Shown here one piece after another: positions 1-13,362 of a stretch of 64,000 nt of DNA. Both the position numbers and the translations under genes were made by a program. This DNA is from Trichosphaerium sp. ATCC 40318 (Eukaryota > Protista > Tubulinea). Under the pieces are notes generated by a model, which was given only the letters and a program-made list of their open reading frames with translations, had not been told where the DNA came from and did no database searches. The DNA lies in NCBI GenBank assembly GCA_038496445.1, contig JALMLS010000142.1, forward strand, positions 82 to 64,081, written 5' to 3'. How positions within the stretch are numbered: position 1 is the first letter of the stretch; each line of letters starts with the position of its first letter.

Positions 1-474
1 GTCATAAACCTTGTCATCTTTTAGCCTCGACTTTATCGCTACAACTTTTTTCTCCTGAAGGCAACCAATCAACTAGTACAGCCAAATTACGATATCCTTG
101 TTGTTTCTATTTATAGTGAATTCAACTGAAATTTCCCAAGCAGTAGATATGAAGGATTTTACGCAACAGAATATGAATCTGTGCGTGGTTTGACACTGAG
201 ACAATAATGTGGTACCTCATGATACTTTCCATAAGGCAACTTCTCTGTTTTAAGATACAAAGGGTACTTAAAGAATGTTAAAATGGCCAACACTTTGACG
301 GCAACAACTCCACTTGGTAGCACTGCCAATAATTAAGCTCACTGATCCAACATATGGTACAATACCGCCTAGTGAAAGCCACTCAGCGTCAAAAAAGTCA
401 AAATTAAACCTGTTGTGCGGTGGTCACGTGCGTATTTGGTCATTAAGCGTACGACACTGTTTTACATCTCACAG

Positions 475-2055
475 GTAAGAGAAACGCTGTTAATAATTAT
501 TTTCGCTATGATTGGTGTTACTATGCGGTTTTGGCTTATTGACTTTCATATTGGTAAGGTTTTTAAAAATAGTTTCGTGTAAGAGCGCCAATAACTTTTG
601 ACGAAAAACTTCAAAAACAAAGTCAAAAAGCACCGTTTTCTCTGTTTTTCTCGTGTTTTCGGTAGAATATATTTGGGATACAGGATTGTGGCTTCGAAAC
701 TCGACAACACCTTCAAGCTCTACAGTAAGTGAACATTGCAATTATTCGCATAAGTTGCTGATTCCTTGCAATAGAGAATTTATTGCAAACGGCCTGGGAT
801 CGTTTCTAATGGGTGCAATGTTGTCTTTAAAACAACACCGCTATTTGTGCGTTACCCTGAGTACTACGTAGGGTTTGGTACGGGATGTCTAGGGTACTAT
901 TCGTTCTAAAAAGGAATAAGAAAAAGTTGTTTTCTTTTCTTCAAAACAATTTTGATCACATGGTATTCACGTGATCTTTAACTGTACCTCTTTGATAACT
1001 TGCTAATAATTTAAAAGGAGCTTGACATCTTTCTCTTCATGGATGAGTGATGTCGCAAAAGACTTTTATGACTTTGAATCTGTAAGTGTAACAATTATTC
1101 TAATTTCTTACAATCGAATAGGCTTCAAACGGTATTTTGACAGTTTTTATCGGACTTGCTTGGTTCTATGCAGCTCTTGCTTTTGGAAATCACGTATCGT
1201 TGGGATCACAAGCGTTACTACGGTGTTGTTTCGGAAAACGTAGTTCACCCAGCACGTGACAAGGATGGAAGTTTCAAGGCTAATTAAAAATCAGAATATA
1301 GCAGATTGTTTGACGATGTTGAAGACTTGAAAGACGAGGACTATACAAATATGGGCGAAAATGAGTTGAATTACCTTGCTTCTAAAAATGCAGTACCTGA
1401 TGCACTGCACACTATTACAGTTCTTATTATTTTGTGTGCTTGTTATTTCGTGAGCATTGTACGATGATCGTTTTCTATCTTATGCTTAACTAATTTCTTT
1501 AATTTAGTATGGCCTGTTTCTCTCTCCCGCGGCCATGTATCAAGTGCTTCTTTATTCAATTATATTTGGTCCCATTGGTAAAACAATCTATTAATTCGAG
1601 TACTTGCTTTTTAACTACTAAACCAGGTGCTCTTGTTCGTTACTTTTCAGGAAAATTCAATAAGAAGATTCCGAATGTATCCACTAAATTTCGTATTCCA
1701 ACTTTCTAAAAAATGTTGTAGTTTCCAGTATTCACACTTTTGGCGAACCTGGGAGGGACTGCACTTGTTGGAATCAACTTGTTTATACTTAATCGTATCA
1801 AACTAACCAATGAACAACACAATGCGATTGCAGGGGCTATCACTAGTACGTACCCAATTTGAACAAAAAAAAGTCAGATACTCATTTTCGTTCTTACTAG
1901 TTGGTATCGCTGGTTGCATGTCTACAGTGTCAACGTTTATTAAAGAAGTTGGATCTCTTAAAACAATGTTCGCATATATTTATGCGTGCTCTTCAATATT
2001 TCTAGCTCAGGTTATACTACTTGCTACATACGGAACTTACTACTGGATGTACTAA
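475..2055 (+). CDS. FEX1: Fluoride export protein (FEX, tandem CrcB/Fluc domains), multi-exon; true start probably further upstream (about 284-430)
   Basis: Spliced exons give FAMIGVTMRF, FIANGLGSFLMG, LTSFSSWMSD, then a second repeat GALVRYF, FTLLANLGGT, GIAGCMSTVSTFIKE. These are two Fluc/CrcB motif sets (GxxR, N, GxxxxLTxFSxF/W). Stop TAA at 2053-2055. Confidence 0.85.
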
Positions 2056-2421
2056 AGGTGGGTCAAAAAAAATTAAAAAGAATTAAACCACGTGACAGAA
2101 ATTCAATAAATACATCCATAACTGCGCCTTCAATTTAACAAAAACAAAATAACATTTCATTATGGATCTAGTGTTGTTATTAGAGGTATTAGACAATAGT
2201 GCAACACGTCAAGTATATAGAAGTAGCGAAAGGAGTACTTAAAATTTTCACCTTTCTACAACATTTTGAAGCGTCTCAACAGAAAAAATCAAGCGAATAC
2301 GACATGGTATTAGAAGAGCAAGCGCAATATAAATAAGAGAAACAAAAAAATAAACCAGTCAAACAATTTCGAGTGTTGAAGAACAAAAAGAAATAAAGCT
2401 AGTACAGGTAACATAACACTA

Positions 2422-3340
2422 ATGCAAGCGTACAGTAACCCTACAGTGTATTTATCAAGAAGAGAGACTTTTAGCTCCTGGTAATACTTTAAAACGTTCA
2501 AATACGCATAAAATATGTTCTACACGCGTTTTGTAGATAATCACCTAACTATCGTAACGTCCCAAACTCAAATCTCTATAGCCACCGCCTACACAACCCA
2601 GCGCTCACTATAGAGGAAAACAAGGAGATATACGGTAAATGTAATAACCCAAACGGACATGGTCACAATTACGTCGTTTACGTGACCCTACGCGGTAAAG
2701 TACGCTTTACTGGTGTTTATAAACTGATAAAATCGCAGGTTGACAAACGTACAGGGATGCTAATGAACTTGACAGACCTAAAAGCATGTCTAATGAAAGT
2801 AATCGATAAACTAGATCACAAGGTATGCTCTCCCTGCATTTTTATCGTTTGTAATTGCAAAACGCTCTGGGTGTTTTTTTGGTAATGACGTCAGCCAAGA
2901 AGATCCTTTTCTAGCTTCTTACGATTCTCAACTATACGATAGAACCTTGATAAAGACGTACCAGAACTTTCCGGTGTTATAACGTCAACTGAAAATGTTT
3001 GCGTGTACTTTTGGCATCAACTCATTCAAGTTTTACCGAACCCTTCAATACTTTACGAGGTACCTTTGAATTTAATATTACAAACCAGTACAACTTCGTA
3101 CTACATAATTCCTTTTCGGCAAACACGTCGGTTTTTTTTTTTGCAAGCTGACTTCAGAATTCCACTTGTCATTATGAACTTATTTATAACTGTAGCCATT
3201 CGCCTTATTAAAATAAACTTGATAGTTTTTTCTTTCTTTCTTTTTAATGTAAACCTGTTTTGTTACTGACAACGTCACCATTGTAGGTTCGTATTGGAGA
3301 GACAGAGAAGAATAGTGCTTTCTATAGAGGAGAAAGTTGA
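2422..3340 (+). CDS. PTS: 6-pyruvoyl tetrahydropterin synthase (5 exons)
   Basis: Spliced: MQAYSNPTVYLSRRETFSSC|HRLHNPAL..YGKCNNPNGHGHNY..RGK|VDKRTGMLMNLTDLK..LDHK|NLDKDVP..STENVCVYFW..LYE|VRIGETEKNSAFYRGES*. Contains the Zn-binding His residues and catalytic Cys of eukaryotic PTPS. Confidence 0.95.
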
Positions 3341-3541
3341 TTACTGTTTTGATTTTTTATAACAAAAAATAAATTTCCTAAGTAACGGATTAATACTAAA
3401 ACAACTTTGTATATACTAATACAAATGTATTTTTTGCAACTACGAACGTGACACCTAAAATACGATTCAACGAAACCAAGAAACAGTCGCTTAACTTTTT
3501 TCACACAAATCCAAACTTACTGCAGTTAAAAAAGCTACGCT

Positions 3542-5015
3542 ATGAGCACTCACTGTTACAAACTCGTTCTCGTCGGTCTTGGTGGTGTAGGTATGTTATT
3601 GGACTCAACTACACTTTGTAGTTTTATCACGCTATGCGTTTCTCTCCTAAATTAAATATACAGGTAAATCATGCCTTACAATACAGTTCATTTCAAACAA
3701 GTAAGTGGTTCGTTTTGTAGATCTGCAAATTAACCCCTTTCAAGGTTTATTGATGACTACGACCCAACATTGGAGGATTCGTACAGGTAAATTCTTTTAT
3801 TTTGATACTGGTGGATTCTAGATCCTCAAACCTCCACAAAAATACGTCGGTCTGCTACAAAATACAGACGTTCGCATTTCACGGTGATATTGGCCTTTAA
3901 AACCTACTTCGCTGATATCACCCACAAAACATAACTTTTATCTTATCTCGAGCTCACGAGCGCAAAATCGCTTTACCACACCAAGGACGGTTTTTCAAGG
4001 TACTAAATTAGTATGTAGGAAACAAGTAACCATCGACGCGGAGGAATGCATCCTTGGTACGTGACAACTTCATTGGCTTGTTTATCTCCTTTTGTTTTAC
4101 CAAACACAATTTTTTCGTACATTGCGTCATACCAGAACTCATAGCTCTCAAACGCTCACAACTGACTAGATATCTTTGATACCGCCGGACAAGAAGATTT
4201 CGTAGCCATCCGTGATCAGTACATGAAAATTGGACATGGTTTCCTCTGTGTCTACTCTATTACTATGCGTTCTTCATTTGAAGAGGTAGTAAACCTTCAC
4301 GGTACGTATAAACGCTCATACCTTTTGTTTTTGTTTCGTTGTCGAGAAACAAATCCTTCAAACCGTTTAAAGTCGTATTCGCTTTACCATTACAATGGGT
4401 TTACGACAGTACAGAGCGTAATATTTTTTATGCGCTCAATTCGCCAAAATAGTGTTTTCGGTTTTTCTTTTTCGTTTTTTTGCTTATTTGGCGTTCTTTT
4501 AGACCATATGTTACGTGTTAAGGATGCTGATAAAGTACCATTTGTTCTTGTTGGTAATAAATGCGATTTGGAAGGAGAACGTGAAGTAACGACAAAGGAA
4601 GGTCAAGAACTCGCTGATAAGCTCAGTGTAAAATTCATTGAGACTTCTGCTAAGACTAGACATAATGTAAAAGAGGTACGTGTTGTAACTGGCTTCTCTT
4701 CTTTTTTTGGAGACTTTGACGACCAAATCCTTGTTATTTTCTGTATTTGCAATTCTTTTGGTTCAAAAAGTGCAATCTTTGACTCTTTTTTAGGCTTTCT
4801 TCATGTTAGTACGTGAGATTGGTATTAAGGTTGAACCTGCAAGCAATGACGATAAAGCTGACCCTAAATTACACAAGAAAAAGAGGTATGAATCTTGTAT
4901 CTTAAAATCCCGACAACTCCGAGCATCGGACTTTTATTATTACATTATCCTTGTTTTAACGTTTATGAGCTAATTGTTTTTTTTCTTCTTTAGACGTGCT
5001 TGCAATCTCTTGTAA
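3542..5015 (+). CDS. rasS: Ras family small GTPase, RasS-like (multi-exon)
   Basis: GLGGVGKS, YDPTLEDSYRKQ, DIFDTAGQEDF, VGNKCD, ETSAK, and a polybasic tail with CAAX (KKKRRACNLL*). The CLTIQF/PTLEDS/CNLL features resemble Dictyostelium RasS (recalled, not aligned). Confidence 0.92.
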
Positions 5016-5288
5016 AGTGGTGTTTTATAATTTGTTGTACGGCGACTTGAACCTGTAAGATAGAAAACGATTATAGCCTTATAAAATCTTGTTCTGAAAA
5101 AAAAAAAACCTCATCTTGTCTTCCTCGTACACTGTTAAAAAACCCCAAGTACCATGTGTCCGTAGTTTAATAAAATTTGTGACTTATTTATTTCAAAAAA
5201 AAAAATCAAGTAAAAAATGAGATGGTAGAATCCTGGAGCTTGTTGTCATAGCTTACTAAGAATAAGTATTTTTATTGGTGTTCTTCTC

Positions 5289-7154
5289 TTATAATTTGGC
5301 CATTCTCATTGCGAGGTCGATCATGACTTCTTCAGAGCCTCCGCCAATAGCAGATACACGCAATTCGCGCCATATACGCTCAATCTTGGCACCAACACCA
5401 GTGCGTAAATAAGATGCACCGCCGAATATCTGGCACGCTTCTCGTGCGCAATATTCAAGGGTACGCGATGTTTGAACCTTGCAAAGTGCGATTTGACCTC
5501 CGAGATGTAATGGTGAAAGACCTTGTTGCATTTGGTACGCAAGGCTCTCAATCCATGCCCAAGTTGCTTCAGTGTGTCTTGCCATTTCAGCAATCTTATG
5601 TCTGATAACTTGATTATCAATGAGTCTCTTTCCTGAACATTTTGATTAGTGACATTTCAACAGGTTGTGACTTAAACTTTCTCGTGTTTTCTTGTTTTTT
5701 TGGTGAAGCAAGAGAAGCGAACATGATAATGATAAACGCACCGAATGTCTTGCGGTTACGAGCAAATTTGATAGATTCCTCAATACAGATACGGCACGAA
5801 CGATGAGCCATAATTAAACCAACCATGCGCTCATGATTAAAGTTAAGCATAATAGGAAGGAATCCTTGGTTTTCTTGGCCGATTATGTTCTTTACAGGCA
5901 CTTTAACATTCTCAAGTTGAACAAATGTTGTTGTAGATGTCCACCAGCCTTGTGTCTTTTGTCTGCGTAAGTTAATACCTGGCATACCTACAAAAATGTT
6001 AAATTCATCTACGAGTACACAAAACAAAAACTCGTGCCTTTCTCGAGCAATAGCAACGAAATACCACCCATGCCCTTTCCACCAGTACGTACAGCAACAG
6101 TAAAGTAATCAGCACGCATACCACCAGTGATGAACTTTTTCTCGCCGTTAACGATGTAGAAGTCACCTTGTCTCTCAGCAGTTGTTCTGATAGCAGCGAC
6201 ATCACTTCCACCGTATGGCTCAGTAATTGCCAAAGCAATTAGTTTTTTACCAGTAATAATGTCCTTAGCGCATTTGTTTTTGATGTAATCAGACCCTACA
6301 GATAGTAGTGGTGGGAATCCGATATGCAACGTCAAAAAACAAGCGGCGAGTAGACCACCACATGCACAACGGGCTATTTCGTCCCAGTAAATAACATCAT
6401 GAAAGACATCAAAGCCTAAAACGAAGTCATACTTAAGTTATCATCTTTTTTTTTGTTTTAAGTCAAAACATCTTTCTGGTCCTTTTTGTATCATACCTCC
6501 TTCTGGTGGTGTACCACCGTATTCTACAGGGAAAGGTGCACCATAAAGACCTGCTTCATAAGCTTTTACGTGAAGCTCACGAGGGTAAGATTTAGCGTCC
6601 TTAAAAGCATTAGTACTTTTGGCTTTCAAGGTGTTAAACGTACCTCCCATTCACTTGTGTACGGCATAATTTCCTTTTCAACAAAAGCGCGTACTCTAGC
6701 ACGCCATTTCTTGTGTGCTTCAGTGTAGTAAGGGCTCTTGAATGTGGTGTACCAGGATGGATCACCAAATGGGATTCCATCACCAAACGGACCAGAGGTT
6801 GACAATTGGTTGTTTGGTTGCGCCTAACGAGGAATGAGATTCACAACAACCATTGAATACACGGCCAAACTTGCTCTGTTGAAAATTTTTTGGACGTACT
6901 CTGGTGTGCTTGGAGCCAGCAATAACACCTACTCTTAGCTGTTTGCCGTATTTTGCAATGATTGCTCTAGCGTCATGCAAAGCATTAAACGCTTTTGTAG
7001 CATCTGTACCAGCGACTTTTACAACGACGCCCTTGCCACCAGGGTGAGCCTCGAGAAAGTCGGTCATGTTGTAAACTACATCATCGATTATGACCCAGCA
7101 ATCATTCTCAGTGTTATGTTGTGCCACTTGGGCGTGCGTGTACGTCTTTGACAT
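5289..7154 (-). CDS. Cytochrome b5 domain-acyl-CoA dehydrogenase fusion protein (multi-exon)
   Basis: N-terminal HNTENDCW..FLEAHPGG..DAT..F..LH (cyt b5), followed by ACAD motifs ALAITEPYGGSDVA, VNGEKKFITGG, FNHERM, QIFGG..Y, IGGGSEEVM. Confidence 0.93.
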
Positions 7155-7436
7155 AATTGTTGCTACAAATTAAGCTTAGTCGTACTACAATAGAGCGACA
7201 TGGGTGCATGACAGCGTTTTGAGTGTATTTCTCAACGAGGGAAATTAAAACATCCCTCGCTTCTGTTAAAAAACACCAAAACACTATTATGGTGTAAACT
7301 ACGTACATTTGGTGTTGATGAATCAAATACGGACACAAAAAACAAACAGTTGGAAAAATGCCTGCCTTAATTGCCAATAACAACTCGAACATTCTGGGCT
7401 TGTAGAGGAAAAGTCTCTCGTATAAATTCCCTACCT

Positions 7437-9148
7437 ATGGTTATTAAATGTAAGGGGTTACATTGTAGTGGTTACAGATGGATTGCTTTTGTTGGTTTCA
7501 CCCTTTATGGCTTGCTTGTTATTATGACATTTGTGTCACTCGCTTGGGAACTACTAGTAAATACAAGAAAGCGTAAAGGAAAACAAAATGTTGGAACAAG
7601 AGGTTTGAGACATTACGACGTTACATCATCAATAACCCATAGAATAGGTCAAGTCATAGCGCGGCATGTATTTAGAGGCGTTTTGGGCGTTTTTGCGTGC
7701 TGTACGTAAATTGAATTTAACTTGACAATCAAAACAACGTTGACGCTTGCTATGAAGTCAACGCTACCGTTTCCCAACTTTGACACCTTCATTCCCAAAA
7801 ACAAAACGTCAAAACGTCTAAATGACACGCAATGTTGTTAACTCAACTTGCTTGTGTATTTGATAATAGTTTAACACATTTTTTAGTTAGACTTGGATGG
7901 CTAAGCCTCGTTTACTCTGGACAACGTTCATCGGTCGAGTTCACGCTTAATCGCTTGGCATTCGTGACGTACTTTACAGCTTTCGCCTTAATACTATTCA
8001 TATGGTACGTTACAGTAATGACGCGAAGCGTAAACTCGCAGCAACTGTGTATTGGTTTTTTTAAATATACCATGTGATTTTTTTCTTTTTTTTTTAATGT
8101 TGGTTTTCCTCTTTTTAGGATTGAAGCGTTCTACCAGAATTATTATGATAGTAATAAGTTTCTACCGAGAGTAGGATGGTTATTTATTGTAGTAACACTA
8201 ATTGTTTGGGTGCGCGTGTAGAGACATTGAAGCGACAAGAAAAACTTTTTTCGGAAAAAAAACGTTATTTCGGTTTTTTTTTTTGTTTGTGGTCTTTGGT
8301 TGACTCCTTGAATACTAGGCTTATCAAATAATACTAATAATTATTTTTCTTGAGAATGATGGAAAGCGAGAAGGCAATCCGTTTTATGATATTAATATAG
8401 TATCTGGTACTATTCCTTCCTTGCACACACGTGTTTCTTTTACTTTCTTTCGAGAAATCACTCATGTTTTTACTTAGATGTTGTTATATCTGCTCTTGTA
8501 GCTATGGCGTTCTTAATGTACGTGTTGCAAAAATAGAACTTGATGAAGAAAATGAAACTCTTAGAGTCTAAGTTTGTTTTAATGTCGTTTTTTGAGTAAA
8601 AGTGCTCACTTCGTTCAGGTATGGGTTCCGTATGCTATTCAAACGTTCTTTGAATGAACTTGATGTAGCCAAAGTGCAAGAAGCCCTACAAGTAAGCCTC
8701 ACTTAGCGACTCAAAGTTTCTGGTTTTTTTTTATAAATCACGTGATACTTACTTCTTCGATAGATCACTGGAATGACACTTGTATTTGTTGTATGCTTTC
8801 TTCTGCGAGTACTTTTATTTTCGTTCAGACCAATAACTGGATTTTATATGGACAGTGGGCTGTTCTATTCATTGGCGTACTTTACATCAGAAGGTATGTA
8901 TAATCATGCGATACCAAATACATTGTCACTTACCTCTTTTAAAAATGATTGCAAGACACTATTTTGTTAAAAAGTTAATTGTTTTGTTACTAGGTATGCC
9001 GTCTCTTATTCAACTGTATGTTGCTTCAAAGAGCACTGTAAGGGAGGAAAAATCAAGTCAGTGGATAGATGATTTATATGAAGATAAGGATGAGACAACA
9101 GCTTCTGATAGAGCAAAGTTTTTAAGTGTTGCACCTACTACAATGTAA
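7437..9148 (+). CDS. Multi-pass membrane protein, TOM1/THH1 (DUF1084)-like 7TM
   Basis: Successive hydrophobic exons (WIAFVGFTLYGLLV; LNRLAFVTYFTAFALILFIW; GWLFIVVTLIVW; TLVFVVCFLLRVLLF; LFYSLAYFTSE) separated by GT-AG introns. Family assignment rests on motif resemblance only. Confidence 0.6.
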
Positions 9149-9514
9149 AAGATTTGGCTATTCTTTAACAAATCGCCCCCAATTTGGTAGGACTTACTGC
9201 TACGACTATTGCACATGTGGTGATATCGTATAGTAATACCATACAACTTATTACTAAGATAGAAAGTGCTGACACAAAAGGCTATTGTTGTGTAAATAAA
9301 ACTGTAATTTTAGTGTCCAAAAAAATAAACAAATCACAAATTATTATTTACATAATTGTCTATTCTCATCCCATTCCTTACGTTTATCACACACTTCACC
9401 ATTGACAAATATACATTCAGAACACAATTGTCCATTCATATACCATCTCTTACTTTCACCATGTTTTTTACCCTCAACCCACGTGTTATCAGTGGTAAAT
9501 TTAAATCGGGGTTT

Positions 9515-9712
9515 TTAAGGGATTCCGCCTTAAAATCCTAAGGATTTATAAGCGGAAAATCTCTTCCTTTATTCCTATGGAATCCGGACGGAATTCCCTA
9601 TGGAATCCGAATGGAATTCCCTATGGAATCCGGATGGAATTCCTTAAAGAATCCGGACGGAATTCCTTAAGGATTAACAACGGAATTCCCAATGGATTTT
9701 TTATGAAATTCC
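9515..9712. repeat. Left subterminal array of about 23-bp units with palindromic GGAATTCC core
   Basis: Repeated TATGGAATCCG(G/A)A(C/T)GGAATTCC(C/T) units. Confidence 0.85.
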
Positions 9713-10282
9713 AAACAAATTACCTTGAAATACTTTACAATATTTACATCAAGTCTTGTAGCACAAAATTTGTTTTATTTACCAATGATAATTTAGTTAC
9801 AAAATGCAAATGTTCCACACGCTATTGTGTACAGGTCAAACTCATCAAATCTTTTCAATCTTTGGCCAAGAATTTTATTGCACCTGGTATCGCAATCATA
9901 AATTGCTAATAACGCATTCGTAGAAGCTAAAATAAGAAAAAAGTAGTTTTTTGATAAATTAAATGGAAATAACCTTCAAAAACAATGTACTTGAGATTAA
10001 TGCCCTAAATGCGTGTCCTAGTGGTGTGTAAAGGCCTTTGAAATGCTTTACAAGCCTCAAAACGGATTAGTAAGCGATATAGAAATATCACTGCTAACGA
10101 AAATCACCAAAATACTTATCTTGCTTACTTTTTGATTAAACGTCTTTTCGTTGTATCCATTGGTTTTCTACACCAATAAAAGGGTGACGATGTGGTTTAC
10201 TAAAAAAAAACTTAGTTAGGTAAGGCTTTGATAGTTGTTGAAATAATGAATAATTTTGAATTTTCACCAAAAATATTTTTCA

Positions 10283-10660
10283 AAGGAATTCTCACAAAAT
10301 CCATATGGAATTTTGTTAAAAATCCCAAGGGAATTTTCTACAAAATCCATACGGAATTCCATTAAAAATCCCAAGGGAATTTTCTACAAAATCCCAAGGG
10401 AATTTTCTACAAAATCCATATGGAATTCTGTTAAAAATCCCTTCAATTATTCCTGTTGATATGCTGCCAACATTTGCCAATATTGTTGTTTGGGATTTTT
10501 TTACAAATCCCAAGAAATTCCTTATTTTAATGGAATATAGCAGAAATCCCATCAAAAATCCAATCGAAAATTCAGATTGCTTAGGGATTTTTTCCACAAT
10601 TCCGTTAAAATCCTTAAAAAACACGGAATTTAACAGGATTCCAGAGGAAAATCCCATTTT
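10283..10660. repeat. Right subterminal array (AAAATCC..GGAATT units)
   Basis: Repeated CAAAATCCATAYGGAATT and AAAATCCCAAGGGAATTTT units related to the left array. Confidence 0.8.
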
Positions 10661-12692
10661 TAATTTACTACTGATGGTAGTTAAGTTGTCCATTTTCATA
10701 CCATCCTTTACCTTCGCCATGTTGCTTACCATCAGCCCACATGTTCTGGTATTTAAGTTGTCCATTTTCATACCATCCTTTACCTTCGCCATGTTGCTTA
10801 CCATCAGCCCACATGTGCTTCATCCTCAACTCAAAAGCTGTGGTCTGAAATCTGTCCATTTTCATACCATCCTTTCCTTTCACCATGTTGCTTACCATCA
10901 GTCCACATGCACTGATACTTTAGTTGTCCATTCTCATTGTCATACCATCCTTTACTTTCACCATGTGCTTTACCATCAACCCACATGCATTGCCTCTCTT
11001 GTTGTCCATTTTTATACCATGTCTTAGTTTCACCATGTTGTTTACCATTGGCCCACATGTTATGGTACTTAAGTTGTCCATTTTCATGCCATCCCTTACT
11101 TTCGCCATGTTGTTTGCCCTCAACCCAAAAACTATGGTCTGAAATCTGTCCATTTTTATACCATCCCTTACTATCACCGTGTTGTTTATCATCAAACCAC
11201 ATGCATTGCTCCTCAAGTTGTCCATTCTCATGCCAATATTTGCTTTCGCCATGCTGCTTACCATCAACCCACGCGCATTGCCTCTCTAGTTGACCATTTT
11301 TATACCATCCTAAACAAAGTCCAGTTTTTTTACCATCAATTATTGTATACTGTCTCTCAAGTTGTCCGCTCTCATACCATTGTTTATACACTCCACTTGC
11401 AATGTAATTATGAAGCTGTACCTTTCCACTTTTGTACCATTGTATCCATACTCCTTTTTTTTGTAGTGTTTCATCAAAATGTGTATTAATCGCAGCTCTC
11501 TTTGATAGTGTATGGAATTTTGTGAATGTTTCTGCATTGAACGTACAAATGTAAGTTTGGAGTTCACATGGGATATCCAGTAAACTCAAGGAGCCTGGTT
11601 TACAGTGTATTTTTTTATGCTTTGCAGTTGACTGTAACAAAATCTGATATCAGCAAAAACACAGGGAGAACAAAATTTGACATTCAATTTTACAGGCAAA
11701 AATTGTTGTTAACTTTTTTCAACAAAGACAAATAATCCCTTTTTCAAAAATTACGTAAGTATGTTTGTATTTGCGTAAGACACAATATGTGAGGCTACAA
11801 GGAAAATAAGCGCAGAAGCTGTACAGCGAGCATACACAAAATTTGAGCCTGTGGTAAAAAAAAGTAAGGCTTTTGCCAAATTCTGAGCTGCATGTGGCCC
11901 AAAATAATTTTATAAGCTTGCACGGTGGATAGGAAACGAAGCGGATTTTGTTCTAAAAAAGAGCCAAAACGGTTAAAGAAATGCGAGTAAAGCAAAGCAA
12001 AAGCTTCAAAAACAATTTCTCTTTACAAAAAAACGAAATACACTCTGTTAGTTTTAATATAGCTGTAGCTGTACGTACCATACACAATTAATACTACCAA
12101 TCGTATTAAATAACCGGTTTGCCACAGTGTAGGACGTTCGCGAGTTCGGAATTTCGAAGAAGAGTCATGTAATTAAGCCAACTTGCTTATTGTCAATATT
12201 TGATAATTTTCTTTGCAGCTTCTGACAAGACTCTCAGAGTGGCAACGCTAAAGCACTGGCTTTAAGCAAGCTCCACTTTACATGGACTGTCAAACTTTGT
12301 GGTTTGCATGATGCCTCGTACCCAACAAAACAGGACGGTTGTAGGTTGATACCTCTACCAAGACGCGAGAAACCACTCATCGCATACTGATGTGCAAAGA
12401 TTGGTAAACCAAACAGTCCAAATCACAAGTCCCCAGAAACCTTATTGTACAACGGCCAAATACCGTTGAGATATTGACAATACGAATACCATTTCTATAC
12501 TAACGTATTGTTCACGCCTATGAATAATTGGTAGAGACTGTGCAATCTAACCAATAATCAACTAGGCCATTGTTCCCTTCAAGCAATTATCTCACGCAAG
12601 CGTACTAAGAACATGTTGAAATAACTAGCAGCACTCTAACCAATTTCTTGAAAACAGACAGATATTAAAAAAGCTCTGAGTGATAACGTCCT

Positions 12693-12808
12693 GTACGTTT
12701 CTTTATTATACACACTAACTAACACAACTCTACAACAGCTAGTAGAGGTAGTGACCCGCGACAAGTACCCTTTTGACCTGTTAGTACTGGTGATGATTTA
12801 ATTGACGG
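12693..12808 (+). pseudogene. Relic fragment of the RTX-like secreted protein family (intron end plus exon start)
   Basis: ACGTTTCTTT..ACTAACTAACACAACTCTACAACAGCTAGTAGAGGTAGTGA..GGTGATGATTTAATTGAC matches the reverse complement of the intron/exon junction at 24770-24890. Confidence 0.65.
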
Positions 12809-12974
12809 AAGACAACAATATAGATTGTGTTGCTCACCCTTAACAAGTGTTAATTTCATACAGAGTGTTCATAAAACCGGATAAACTTTGTGAACATTAC
12901 ATGAGTAAGCATTCACAACATCGGATGTACAAGTTGTGAATTATTTGAGTGTTGTTACCCTATACTCAAACGCA

Positions 12975-13362
12975 ATGCAGCTCTTCTCAACTCTAATTTA
13001 TACTCTCGCCATCACTTGTGTACTGTTAATATTCATATGCCCTGCAGCTACTTCTGAAGAAGAGGAGGAGGCACAAACTTGTTTAGGAAAATGGTGTTCA
13101 AGATTGTACACCAAAGGCGAAAGGACTTTTTGTGGGGATAGGTGGGGCACGTGCCCTGACAAAACTTATGACGACGTACGCTTGGATAGCTTCTGTTTGT
13201 ATACAGTGTTGGTCTTACTCTAAGTAGCATGATAAAGTCGCAGGTTCGAAAAAGTGTAAGCGTTGTAATAAACGAACGTATGGTGGTAAGAAATGCAATC
13301 ACCATTCGGCTGAGTTTTACATCAAAGGCTTAAGCCAGATCACAAGATACCAGTGTAAATGA
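12975..13362 (+). CDS. Small secreted cysteine-rich protein (2 exons)
   Basis: Signal peptide MQLFSTLIYTLAITCVLLIFICPAA and an acidic EEEEE spacer. An intron GTACGC..TAG (13176-13227) joins in frame to HDKVAGSKKCKRCNKRTYGGKKCNHH..RYQCK*. Eight Cys in the mature part. Confidence 0.7.

Larger units (their letters stand above)
9490..10673. mobile_element. Non-autonomous TIR DNA transposon (1184 bp, CACTA/CMC-like), 2-bp AT target-site duplication
   Basis: Left end CAGTGGTAAATTTAAATCGGGGTTTT versus reverse complement of right end CAGTAGTAAATTAAAAATGGGATTTT. AT flanks both sides (9488-9489, 10674-10675). Removing the element plus one AT restores the MORN frame (GQLNYH-NTWVEG). No transposase ORF. 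Confidence 0.9.
9344..11640 (-). pseudogene. F-box + MORN-variant (MORN_2/YwqK-like) repeat gene, disrupted by a premature TGA, a frameshift and a transposon insertion
   Basis: LSLLDIPCELQ F-box-like motif, then 24-aa repeats (W..GKQHGESKGWYENGQL). A TGG>TGA change at about 10831 is followed by a frame change. The C-terminal repeats NTWVEGKKHGESKRWYMNGQL..QLCK* resume at 9487-9344 beyond the insertion. Confidence 0.85.

Noticed and set aside
9575-9700. CRISPR-like short palindromic repeats
   Set aside because: There are no unique spacers, the context is eukaryotic, and the repeats are explained as subterminal repeats of the TIR element.
9577-11293. ORFs 9577-9909, 10256-10459, 10316-10804, 10461-11027, 10937-11293
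   Set aside because: These are by-products of repeat arrays or shadow frames of the MORN repeats, with no transposase motifs.
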